The translations under genes were made by a program, and so were the position numbers. A DNA stretch of 64,000 nt from Octopus sinensis (lineage: Eukaryota): NCBI RefSeq assembly GCF_006345805.1, contig NC_042997.1:94302001-94366000 (forward strand), written 5' to 3'. How positions within the stretch are numbered: position 1 is the first letter of the stretch; each line of letters begins with the position of its first letter. Below the pieces are notes generated by a model. The model was given only the letters and a program-made list of their open reading frames with translations, made no database searches and was not told where the DNA came from. Of this stretch, positions 1 through 11,699 are shown piece after piece.

Positions 1-344
1 CACCTATTTCACGCACATACATACATACGTATGTATATACATATATATGGGTGTGTATGTGTGTGTGACCGGGATTTTGTATGCATGTAGCTATGTTTCT
101 CCTGTGTCAATGTTAAATGCCTTGCTTTACAGAGTTAAGTCAATATCTTGTGACACAGGCTCATATTAGAGCGAAATCCAAAGAAGGAAAAATCACAAAA
201 GTAATTCTCCCTCAAGCAACGTGTAAGCCATTGAATTCCTTGAAATCACAGCTTTATCATGACCACCATTCCATTACAACAGTGATAATTCATATCTGCC
301 TTTACATGTTCTAGGCTGAGAAAAAGTTGTATCCATGAGTGAGT

Positions 345-752
345 ATCTTTTATCTTGTATTTGCTTCAGTCACCAGACTCTGGTCATGCTGGGGCACCGC
401 CCTGAAGAATTTATGATCGAATGAGTCGACCCAGGTACTTATTTGTTTTTAAGTCTGGTACTATTCTGTCGGTTTCCTTTACCGAACCGCAAGTTTACGG
501 TGACGTAAACAAATCAATACCGGTTGTCAAGCAGTAGTGAGGGACAATCACAAGCACAATGACACACACGCACAACACACACACACAGCCGACGGGCTTC
601 TTTCAGTTTCCGTCCACCAAATCCATTCGTAAGGCTTTAGGAGGCGCGAGGCTATAGTAGAAGTCACTTAGTCAAGGTGTCACGCAGTGGAACTGAACCT
701 AGAACCATGTGGCTGGGAAGCAGGTTTCTTACTACACACCCACGCCTGCGCC
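345..752 (-). mobile_element. tRNA-derived SINE, family A (octopus-type, internal microsatellite)
   Basis: Reverse complement aligns by eye with the + copy at 9143-9562: head AGGCGCAGGCGTGGGTGTGTAGTAAG, B-box-like GGTTCAGTTCC, body ...GGAAACTGAAAGAAGCCCGTCG, internal (CA)n, 3' ...CAGCATGACC...GACTGAAGCAA. Confidence 0.85.
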
Positions 753-1808
753 TGGTATCGTTAGAATTCTTAACACTCTAGCACAAAAACAAAAAGTATT
801 CCTGCAAATAAGTTTTAGGTTTTGTAAGTAGTATACAATTTCTTGCTCGCATGGTCGATGCCACGTCATCATAGACATCCAAAGAACACTTAGAACAGGG
901 TGTTTTAAATAAGAGTAACACTTGATTACCACATATACACACAATATGGCTGCAACGCTAATGAATGAATCGACGAACCGTTTTATTACAAAGACGGCGA
1001 ATCTCTGTCGATGCATGAACTAAGTTTGTTTCTTCGACAAAGCAGTGTGTTTTTATGTACATGTAGTAAATTTAATTTGAAAATGAAGCGAAACTTGTCA
1101 CAAGCCAAAAAACCATCGCGATTTGAGACAGATTCAATCAATCTGTAGTAAAAGTGAAAAATCAATAAGGATACGATCTGAAAGAAAAATGAAATCACTA
1201 GCGTTGCCAATTAAATATCAGGCGGATTAAAACGAAATTTTTATGATGGAAAATAACACTATGACGGATTTTGATATATATACAATTTTGAAGAATGCTG
1301 GGAAATTGTTGTTATTCTATGGGTATTTCTTTTGGCCCGTGAAACATGGAAATGAGCTCCTCTTCAAGTTTTTTTTATGGATAGCTTCCGTGGTGTAGAA
1401 CTATCGGAACTGACTGAGGTGTCCTTAGAGTAGTAGTAAGATGGAAAGCGTGGATATAGCGCTATTAAACAACACAAGGAAAAACGGGAAAAGACGTAGA
1501 CACAGTAGTTTAGAACTAACTTTTTTTTTTATTCAAGTATATTAGTATTAAACAGTTAAAGATCTGAGAGATCTTGTGTGTAGAGAAAAAAACTACGCGT
1601 GCATTTAAATTCTTCGATGTAATAAACATGAATTTAGCTTCCTGTACAAACAGATCCAGTGGATAATAATAAAAAAAACGACACTTTCTTCTATAGTTTC
1701 GCCTGGTCATCAGGGGTCATTCATGGTCAGTAGTGACTCATCACAAATGTTTACGTCTTTTGGTTTACAGAAAGTGATCGAGGGTGGGTGGTGTATAGAA
1801 AAGGATGG

Positions 1809-1812
<4 letters not shown>

Positions 1813-1876
<64 letters not shown>
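1813..1876. repeat. (GA)n microsatellite
   Basis: Pure AG dinucleotide run. Confidence 0.98.
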
Positions 1877-1878
<2 letters not shown>

Positions 1879-2495
1879 ACTTAAAACTACTGCTAAAAAT
1901 GCGATGTGTAATTCGTACTGCTTCCACTCGTTGGCATACCAGCAAATTTATCGTATTTCTAATCTACTGTAACTATGTTAAACAAACAAAATGAACACCT
2001 ATGATATGCTAACTGTAACCAAACAAAAGAAACTGAGTTGTTCGTTTCTGGTTCATTTAGCCCCCAAGGGTTAAGCAACATCATTGTTTGGCACAGAAGA
2101 ACTAAACGCTCGCGTCTAAATTCAAATTTATTTTAAATGCATCAACAGGCCTACCCAATCACTCGTTTAGTCGATTAAAATGAATCGCCAATAGGGATAC
2201 GCAAATGAACCATATTCAAATGAGACTGAATCTTGTGAAATATAAAAAAGAAAAATCAATGCCTGTCAATCATTGCTTGTTTGTGGTTTTCATTAATAAG
2301 TTATGAGCTGATGTTTCTCTCTGTAGACAATTGTAGTCTGGACCGGTGACAAAATAGACAATTGAATCTGAACCGGTGACGAACAGGTAATACGAGTATT
2401 TTTCTTTCAATCTTTTTTTCTTTTGCAGACGGACCGATGTGTTATTTAAACTCAAATTCATGAAGATGTATTTATAATTCATTCACACCCACGAA

Positions 2496-2730
2496 GTGAA
2501 GACGCGTAGCTTTATAGTTAGGGTACTCGGCTAACGATCGTAACGTCGTAAGTTCAAATTCCGGTTATACGTTCTGTTTTTGAGTAAGGCACTTTATTTC
2601 ACGTTGCTCCAATCCACTCAGTTGGCAAAAATGCGTTATTCTTGTACTTCAAAAGGGCCAGCCTTGTCACACTCTGTGTCACGTTGTATCTCCCTGAGAA
2701 CTAAGTAAAGAGTACACGTATCTCTACGGG
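2496..2730 (+). mobile_element. tRNA-derived SINE, family B (3'-truncated)
   Basis: Head GTGAAGACGCGTAGCT...AGTTCAAATTCC; core GGCACTTTATTTCACGTTGCTCCA shared with 16259-16583 and 58725-59065; 3' part GCCTTGTCACACTCTGTGTCACG shared with 25936-26318 and 19875-20080. Confidence 0.8.
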
Positions 2731-2866
2731 TATTTACGGATTCCACATGTATATGCAAAGATAGAAGCCACACCGTATGATAAGTATTTGGTAACACATA
2801 CCTGAAGAGAAACTTTAGAAAATACACTATTAGTTATTTTTACACAGATTATATATATATATATAT

Positions 2867-2926
<60 letters not shown>

Positions 2927-3617
2927 AATATACATATATGCATACATATATCTCTACATGTACGTATGGATACATATATGTGTGTGAGTATATATATATA
3001 TACCCACAACTCTATATACGAACACAGATGGAATACTGTTTATTGAGTTTTTCTACCACGGATCAGTACATTATACATATATATATATAATATTAAATTA
3101 GAGATAAAACCACTATTAGGCAAATCAAACAATGAAAAACTTAAGCCAATACATAAAATTAATTAATTTATATATATGTATAAATGTAAGTATGTATGTA
3201 TATATGAATGTATGTATGTGTGTGTGTATGTCTGTATATGTGGATATATATATGTATATATTATTTGTATAGATATATGTTCGTGTATACCTGCCTATAA
3301 GATACGTATATGAAAGAGATATTTGCGATTTTCTTAGCACTATCTTGACTTCTATAAAGGAAAAGAAAAGGCAAAGAATTCATAAAAACTCCAAAGGGAA
3401 AGTATATACCTACACATCATAGCACAAAATACACATGGACACACTTTCAAAACTGCAACGAATCTATACATGTTTTGGCGTTCTACTTACTCTTTGAAAA
3501 CGGGCATTTTGACCCATAATATCGGATTATGAAATTCTTTAAGAGGAAGCGTTTAATGTCGATTTTGCAGGTGCATAGTTATGGCCTTGTTCGTCAGAGC
3601 AAGGTGAATACACATGC

Positions 3618-3772
3618 ACTTATCTTTATATTTTACTTGCTTCAGTCATTGAAGTGCGAGTTTCGTGCTTATCCTATCGTTTTTCTACCGAGCTGCTGAG
3701 TTATGGGGGCGTAAACATACCAACGCTGGTTGTCAAACGTTGTGGTAGGGAAACAAAAATGCACTTACATAA

Positions 3773-3862
<90 letters not shown>

Positions 3863-4140
3863 TTATCTACATATAGACACACATACATACGCATGCACAC
3901 ATACACTCACATACACACACATACATGCACAAACACACACACACACACACACACGCGCGCGCGCACGCATGCACGCACGCACCCACGCACGCACGCACAC
4001 AGTTTCAATCCACGAAATTTGCTAGGCATCGGTGTGTCGGTGATACAATGGAAGACATTTGCCCAAGGTGCCGCGCACTGGTCTCAACAAGAAACGACGT
4101 GGTTGCAACGCGATTTTTCTCACCACACACCCGTGCCTGC
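3618..4140 (-). mobile_element. Decayed family A SINE split by expanded (TATC)n and (CA)n microsatellites
   Basis: 3' part TTACTTGCTTCAGTCATT...GGTTGTCAA at 3630-3740 and 5' part GAAGACATTTGCCCAAGGTGCCGCGC...CACACACCCGTGCCTGC at 4050-4140. Confidence 0.7.
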
Positions 4141-4263
4141 ATAAATGGTTTGTGTATTCATGTACGTGTGTTTTTGTGTTGTGTGTGTATGTGTGTGTGT
4201 GTGCGTGCCTGCGTGTGAGTGTATATACATACATATATACATATATGCATATATATGAATTTG

Positions 4264-4317
<54 letters not shown>

Positions 4318-4342
4318 TATATGTATATATGCATATATGTAT

Positions 4343-4374
<32 letters not shown>

Positions 4375-4384
4375 GATATTCATT

Positions 4385-4575
4385 AACTTGTTTCAGTCAT
4401 TTGACTGCAGCTGTGCTGGAGCACCGCCTTTAGTCGAACGAAACGACCCCAGGACTTATGCTTTCTAAGCCTAGTACTTACTCATTCCGGCTCTTTTGCT
4501 GAAATGATAGACTAAGGGGACTTAAACATACCAACATCGGTTGTCAATCGATGGTGGTTGGACAAATACAGACAT
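4385..4575 (-). mobile_element. Family A SINE, 3' half
   Basis: ACTTGTTTCAGTCATTTGACTGCAGCTGTGCTGGAGCACCGCCTTTAGTCG matches the reverse complement of 9505-9556. Confidence 0.85.
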
Positions 4576-4990
4576 GCAGACATATGAGAGTCTTGACGCG
4601 ATGGAGGTTCATCTGGGACATTGGACAGCAGGAGGTCAATTTGTTTCTTGAAATCATCTACTCGGGCTCTATGTAGATCACTCAGATATTTTGGCAAGAT
4701 ATTAAATAGCTGTGGGCCTTTGAATCCTAAGCTATTGAAGTAAATGATCATCATTCTAGACGATATGGATTGGCGCTTTGGAACAGTGATGTGACGTCCT
4801 GTTCGGAGGCTTGTATAACACTCGATGCTAAAGTTTGGGACTAATCCCTCGAGGATCTTTCAAATGCATATCACCGCATATCTCTCCCATCTTTTCTCTA
4901 GTGAATAGAGTCGTAGCTTTTGCAGTCTCTCTCAGTCGCTCAACTGTTCAATTGATGTAATCTTCGTGGCGTAGCACTACTGAAGAGCCT
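4576..4990 (-). mobile_element. CR1-clade LINE, 3' end of ORF2 (decayed)
   Basis: Minus-strand translation ERLQKLRLYSLEKRWERY...KILEGLVPNF...SLGFKGPQLFNILPKYL...IDLLLSNVPDEP, typical CR1/L2-group C-terminus, with stops. Confidence 0.85.
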
Positions 4991-5089
4991 AAAGTTCCGC
5001 GCTATTAATTTATTTGTATTGTTTTTACTGTCTTGTTTTGTTCTTACTGTCCTGTTCTTGTTATCACTTTTACCCCACGGCAGACAATC

Positions 5090-5330
5090 CCAAATTTTAT
5101 TTAATTTGCTTTGCGGGAAGGTCTGTTTCAACGAAGTCGCGTCTTGTCCTTACCTTCGAAACGCAGAGTAGACGAAACAGGGACAACTGAAGAAGGGGAA
5201 TATTCCTTGTGTTGTATGTCTTGTACTCTGTTTTTTCGTTGTTTGGAAAAAAGTTTGTTTCCATGTTTTTGTTTTTGTGTTTTCGTTTCTCATTGTGATC
5301 AACGTTTATTTGGTGTTCTGTACCCATATA
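5090..5330 (+). mobile_element. Short non-autonomous ribozyme-bearing repeat (second copy at 31950-32190, minus)
   Basis: About 240 bp alignable with the reverse complement of 31955-32186 (AAATTTTATTTAATT...CCTTCGAAAC...GGGACA.CTGA.GAAGGGGAA...TGTCTTGTACTCTGTTTTTTCGTTG...TGGTGT.CTG.AC); ends in TA-rich microsatellite. Confidence 0.85.
5123..5200 (+). ncRNA. Predicted hammerhead ribozyme with non-circularly permuted strand order
   Basis: GCG-TC cleavage triplet (cut after 5143); stem I TTGTCCTT 5144-5151 / AGGGACAA 5179-5186; CCTTC-GAAA-CGC 5153-5164; CTGAAGA 5187-5193 then AGGGG; extra helix CTGTTTC 5123-5129 / GAAACAG 5174-5180. Confidence 0.7.
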
Positions 5331-5408
5331 TGCATGCATATATACATATAGATGTAGCTATTTACATATATGTATGTATATATGCATATGTCTATATATT
5401 ATTTATGT

Positions 5409-5491
<83 letters not shown>

Positions 5492-5509
5492 TAAAAGACG
5501 AAATACTTA

Positions 5510-5805
5510 TGTAGCCTATGTAGAGACGCCAGCCTATTGACCGAGGCAAAAATTTTGCTTTTACGCTAATGTCTCGAACCGTAGTACTCATAGGGTTGCT
5601 TTCCATGGTGTATAAGTCACCAAGATCACAACAATTGCTCTAAAGAGCACGGCTGCTCATTGCAGTATTACTCATTTACAGCTGAATGTACTGGAGGAAC
5701 ATGAAATGACGTGTTTTGCTCAAAAACACAACTCGGTTCTCGGTCCGGAAAGCACAATCTAGCGATCGTGAGTGCAACACCCTAGCCACTAAGCCACGCG
5801 CAATC
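5510..5805 (-). mobile_element. tRNA-derived SINE, family B-related (old)
   Basis: Reverse complement GCGTGGCTTAGTGGCTAGGGTGTTGCACTCACGATCG...TTGAGCAAAACACGTCATTTCATGTTCCTCCAGTACATTCAGCTGTAAATGAGT. Confidence 0.7.
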
Positions 5806-6649
5806 ACAAAAAGTATCATATAAATGAATTGAAAGTATTTTCAGATATAAATCAAACGCACTGCGAGAAGCATTAGTACTTAAATAAAAGAAGGAATAAT
5901 TACAAGAACTTAAAACTTCATTTATAAATACATTTCTAAAACTTGCACGAAAAGCTAGTCCTTGTTTTCGTGAACGGTGATATTAATAGACACGTTTCCG
6001 ACATATAAAATCACTTCAGCGCAATTTCATTCATTTAATATTTCTGTATACGACCTTTACTACACAGGCATTTACTTCATCTATGATAATCCATACTATT
6101 GGTTTACTTAATTTCCCTAAGCTTTGGTTTGTTTAAAGTATAACATGACAGATTTAGGGACACTGATCCATTAGTTAAATATGTAAGATGATGAAATATA
6201 ATAAACGCAAGGATGTTGATGGTGATGATGTTGATAATGATGGTGATAATATTGATGATGATGGCAGCAATGAGATAACGATAATAAACTTTATGGTGAT
6301 GATAACGATAATGGTTGTGATACTGCTGATAATAATGATAGCGATCACTTATTTTATCGATCTAGGAGTGATGAAAGGAGAATCCAGCCTCCGGTTGAAT
6401 TTAACCTCTATGTAGAGAGACGAAAATAAATACTGAAACCTTCTATTATTTTTGCTATTCCACTACTTCTGTTACTGCTATTAATAATGATGAAAACATG
6501 ATTTATTTATTTGCTACAAAATAAAGAAAAACATTCAAATTATATTGCAGAACAGTATAATTCAATTGGTGTAATTCAATAAAATACACAGACGGCCGTT
6601 ATATGGGTCGGTTATATATAAATATATACATATGCAAACACACACACGC

Positions 6650-6827
6650 GTGTGTGTATGTATGTATGTATGTATGTATGTATGTATGTATGTATGTATG
6701 TATGTATGTATGTATGTATATATGTATGTATGTATGCATGTATGTATGTATATATATATATATTTATTTATATATATGTGTGTGTGTGCGTTTGTGTATT
6801 TGTGTATACAAGCACAGACACATGTAC

Positions 6828-6870
<43 letters not shown>
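6650..6870. repeat. (TATG)n / (TA)n compound microsatellite
   Basis: Direct inspection; source of spurious CMYV-type ORFs. Confidence 0.95.
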
Positions 6871-6872
<2 letters not shown>

Positions 6873-9053
6873 GTTATTTACAAATATGTCATATATTTGC
6901 TCACAAGTTCCCAAATGTTGAACGTACCAATATTGATGTATTACTAACAAAAATAGGAATAAAACCACGATTAACCACTTAAAATATAAAGTACTTTAAA
7001 ATATATAGCTTTACTTCCAACATAGTCATTATGTACAGTTCCGTTGGAAAATCCCAAGCCTATTTTATCATAATAACGTGACTGGAAACTTCGGTTTAAT
7101 GGCGATGGAGTATAAGAAATAAACTTAACGAAGTTCATATTCGTCTAAGTAATAACAACAAAAGCGATTCAGTAAAGTATATCAGTTAAAGAAATATTCG
7201 TTTATTATAGTGTTTTGCTGCTTACTGTAGTGCGTTACTTCCTACTCTGTGTTTCTATATTCAATTAAGACGACTGGAGCATTATTTGTTTTTAATTAAG
7301 TGTCATAGCGCTAGTAACACGATTTGAAATACTCAACTTCAATTTGTTGTTCTTTTCCCTATCGATTCTTCAGTGTGAGTTCTCTTAATAACTATAAGAA
7401 ATTTATGTAAAAAAAATAGTGAAATATGCCATTGAAAATCTAAACTTAATTAGCAATTTTTACCATTGTTTTTACAATTTGTTTTTAAGATAACCATTCC
7501 TAATACCTCTCTACTTCGGTTTCTTTCGAAAATTGCATTTACGACTTGTATTAATGAAATTGTGCGGTTTGTCAATAGGATTGCATTCAATAGAGTGATT
7601 AGAAATGTCTAGCACTTTAGCTGACATTTTCGGACTTTCTAAGAAGTCTGACAGCCTAAACCGTCCATCTGTCAACTCGTTTTGGTTATCGCAAGGATAT
7701 AGAAGTGGTTGGTTGGGTGATCACTTGGGTTGTCTCAGACAGAACGCAGTCTCTTTATCAACTTCCTTGTCTATTCGATTTATCCGGTTGATGGAGATTT
7801 CATACAACTTATAGTTCGAACTGTCAAAAGCAGACTTTCATTAGTGAGCGATGAAAGTCCGGCTGGCGAGTATGTGTTTATGCTTGTTTGTGCTGGCAGT
7901 CTGGAGAGAGATTGATAAATATATAGAGTGACCAGAGATATAAAGAGGTTGTAGAGTAAAGAGAATATGGAAGGAGAAGTAAAGAGGAGTAACAGAGAGA
8001 GAGAGAGAGAGAAAAGAGAGAGAGAGTGAAAGGAATGAAGAAAGTTCCTGTTTTGACTGCGTATGTTTTGTGATGATGATCTCGCGCACTCACAAGTGTC
8101 TGTTTATATAACTGCACCGGTGCTCTTAGAAACAAAAGGGTTTGGCTCAAACTTACAAGAAATAGATTTTCTGGATGTTTCATGTTTCCGGCAGCAAATT
8201 GATTTCTTTTTATTATATAGAAAAACAAAGGAAAGAATAGCCGAATTAACAGAGAGCGGCCAGCAGAGAATTGCACTCTTTAGAATTCGATTAAAGAGAA
8301 TATGATTGACATGTGCAGATAAGTTGAATGTTTCAAGACAAGTTTGAGAGTTAATTTTCTATATTCTGCAGAGAAATATAAATCAACAGCGAAACATACC
8401 ATGCTATTCAAATACAACACTTTTTAACAATATCTTTCTATAAATTGGCTTTATTATTTCATACTTTGTGTCAATAAGATTTTATTCATCCTGACTATAA
8501 CAGACCTCATTTTACTTCGAATCATTTAGCCATAATTGCTATAATACATCATTAATATTTATTCTTTGACAATATTTCAGTCTGAAATGATAAAGAAATG
8601 ATATGTGAGAAAATCACAACACTATAAATGTTTGAAAAGAAATCAAGACACTAATAGGATATTTCTTTAAATCAGATGATTACCGATTATCACAAACATC
8701 AAATGTACAAAGACCATGGGAATTGCACATAGTTTTACTCAGTGGAACGCCATAAAATAAGGTTATAAATTTACCAGAATGTTTTCAGTTTTAAAAACAA
8801 TCTATGACTGTTAACCTAAGACGTTACTTCTGAAATAAACAAAAGTCGAACTAGTGTGGATTTTATTGTCTTGATACTATATAATGATACATATCTCTAT
8901 CTGTCACTACTACATCTCTCGCTCGCTCACACCTTTCTCTCTCTTTCTCTGCATATATATATATATATAAATATATATGCGCACGCATATGTTGATACAA
9001 ATAAGAATTATCTATCTACCTATCTGTATGTCACTGCCTGTCAGTCTGCCTGA

Positions 9054-9102
<49 letters not shown>

Positions 9103-9142
9103 CATACACACATGCACACACACACACATACACACACATATA

Positions 9143-9316
9143 TAGGCGCAGTAGTGGCTGTGTGGTAAGTAGCTTGCTTGCCAATCACATGGTTCCGGGT
9201 TCAGTCCCACTGTGTGGCACCTTGGGCAAGTGTCTTCTACTGTAGCCTCGGGCCGACCAAAGCCTTGTGAGTGGATTTGGCTGACGGAAACTGAAGAGAC
9301 GCCCGTCGTATATATG

Positions 9317-9348
<32 letters not shown>

Positions 9349-9562
9349 AGTGTGTGTGTGTTTGTGTGTCTGTGTTTGTCCCCCAACATCGTTTGACAGC
9401 CGATGCTGGTGTGTTTATGTCCCCCGTAACTTAGCGGTTCGGCAAAAGATACTGATAGAATAAGTACTAGGCTTACAAAGAATAAGTCCTGGGGTCTATT
9501 TGCTCGACTAAAGGCGGTGGTCCAGCATGGCCGCTGTCAAATGACTGAAACAAGTAAAATAG
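9143..9562 (+). mobile_element. tRNA-derived SINE, family A, full length
   Basis: A-box-like TGGCTGTGTGG, B-box-like GGTTCAGTCCC, core CCTTGGGCAAGTGTCTTCTAC, internal (TA)/(TG)n, 3' end GACTGAAACAAGTAAAATAG. Confidence 0.9.
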
Positions 9563-9609
9563 TATATATACATATATGTACATACATACACAGACACACA
9601 CACGCCCAT

Positions 9610-10905
9610 AGGCGAATATGTTGTTCAAAATGCACCTAAATTTGAAAAAAATTGTAATTGTTTTAAAAGAAATATTTTAGTTTCAACAATACTTTTTGTC
9701 TATGAATGGTAAAAATTTAGAATTTTGAATAAGAAAAATATGTTTAAAAGTTTCAATGTTGATAAGTTTAAATGTTCATAACTGTCAATAATATGTTTAA
9801 ATGTATAAAATTCAGTAGTTAGTAGTGGTTGACAAGAAAGAAATATCAGCAAAGTTTCAGTCATACTGATTTAAAAGGGAGAAAAACAAGGGAGAAATGA
9901 AGATAGTAAAAAAAGGGATTTAGTTTACAGTTTCTGTGATTCTCTTTCCGTCGTTTGCAGGAACTTTCACTTGTAACGGTGTCTTTTGGAATCCTGTGTA
10001 TTTATAAATTTTTCCGCGAACGGATCTGATTTGTGATTCGTTAAAGTATTGTTGACGTCTTTTGTTTCTGGTTGTCAAGTTTGTCGCCCTGCCTGGGGAA
10101 CGGTCATCAGCTGTTCCAGTCGTTTGATTATTTTAAAGGGTTATTTTGTTGTATTTGCTGAAGTTGGATTTAGATTGGAAGGAGAATTTCATTGGTCTAG
10201 AGTCAGGTGACGTCAGCAACTGGTGTTTGTAAAATTTCATGGTCTAGAGTTAGCTGACGTCGCCAACTGGTGTTTATATGGTTTTATTGTATGGTGATTT
10301 GGAGTTGCGGTTTCGAAACCCGGGTGGAAGACAGTTACTAAAGTTTTTAAAAATTGTCTGTTGTATGTGTTTGTTTTTTGCGTGGAGAAATTGTGTCCTT
10401 TTTCCTTTTTCTCTCTAGCGTGTTTTTCTTCTTTGTAAAGGATATTCAGTTGTGGTTTATATTTTTTAATAAGTATACTTTCCATATTTAAACGGAGTTT
10501 GGTTGAAGTGTTTCCTGTACATTGAGAGAGAGGTAAGATTTGGTATTTCGGGTTTATGTTTATGGAGCATTGGTCTAGGTGTTTGCTAACGGGCATTTTT
10601 CTGGTCGGAGGCTCTAGGATTTGTGGCCTGTGCACCGTTAGTCTGTCCCTTAAAGTTAAACTAGTTTGACCTATGTAGTCTCCACCACGCCCTCCACATT
10701 TGAGAACATAGATTAAGTTATTCGAAGCACAGGGGAAGCGATTTTTTATAGTAAACGTTTGACCTGAGTTAAATTTTTATGTTGAGTCCCCCAAGAAGAA
10801 GATCGAAGTTCCGCAGTTAGGGTGGTTGCACTTTTTGACTAGTGGGGTTGTATTTTAGTGAGTAATTTGGCGCTGGTGAGTAACTTTTTTAGGGATTGTG
10901 GTTGT
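9610..10905 (-). mobile_element. Penelope-like retroelement 3' fragment with GIY-YIG endonuclease and 3' UTR
   Basis: Minus translation KKCNHPNCG...CASNNLIYVLKCGGRGGDYIGQTSLTLRDRLTVHRPQI...VSKHLDQC...ESILIKKYKPQLN; LIY/YIG motifs with a Cys-rich linker (Neptune-like); UTR boundary approximate. Confidence 0.88.
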
Positions 10906-11493
10906 TTATATACATATGGCGGCCAGCCTTTCGCAAGTTGAAAAAGCTTTGAGAAATTACAAAATACCTTTTGAGTACGAAATCGCTAGTGTTTTCTGAT
11001 GGAGATATATAATGATTATAAGTATCATCATATCATATAGACATAATTCTCGCTCAGCCTACAAAATACTTGCCTGCGTTGGACTATCTTCCTTGAAGAA
11101 CACAAAGTATATGATATTATAGTTCCCAGGAAAACTTCGATAATTAATTAAGAATTCTGAACGGACCTATGTATTGACTCCTACTAGAGATCTTTTGTAG
11201 CTAAAGTCAAGGTTTTGTTACTTTTACGAACCACAGTATCGTAGTCAAAAGTTGCTTTGTTTACACTTATACTTCATGACCTCGCATGCCTTTAAACACA
11301 TGGATTTGTAAAAGCTGATAAAATTGTAGACTGATTGGCAACTTGTGTTTCATATCCTATTGACGTAGTTTATGCTGCTGTCCATTTACAACCACTAATT
11401 AATTAATTACATAATTTTTCTCGATTTCTCTTCTAGCCTTCGGTTTAAAACAGTCAAATCTAAAAATATATATTTTCTCTATCTCTGTGTGCC

Positions 11494-11535
<42 letters not shown>

Positions 11536-11566
11536 CACACACACACACACCACACACACACACACA

Positions 11567-11612
<46 letters not shown>

Positions 11613-11699
11613 ATCTATCTATTGAGCTGTGTACATGGGGACATATCTATTGAAACATTATGGATATATATACTCAAATATACACAAAAAACACGACAA

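Noticed and set aside
1685-1718. Minus-strand CTGATGA-CCAGGC-GAAA-CTATAG resembling a minimal hammerhead
   Set aside because: No closing pair for stem II, no T at the NTH position and no stem I complement; better read as part of the GGTCA motif cluster or as chance.
2327-2386. Plus-strand AG...GT bracketed 60-nt segment with a 30-bp tandem duplication
   Set aside because: Stops in all three frames, and the following intron would be only about 43 nt; no support as a coding exon.
5985-6025. Minus-strand CTGAAGT...GAAACGTGTC hammerhead-like string
   Set aside because: Core mismatch (CTGAAGT) and no stem I pairing.
7000-8320. Unique-sequence block as a possible first exon or promoter
   Set aside because: Only short ORFs without recognisable motifs and no diagnostic promoter architecture; cannot be called from sequence alone.
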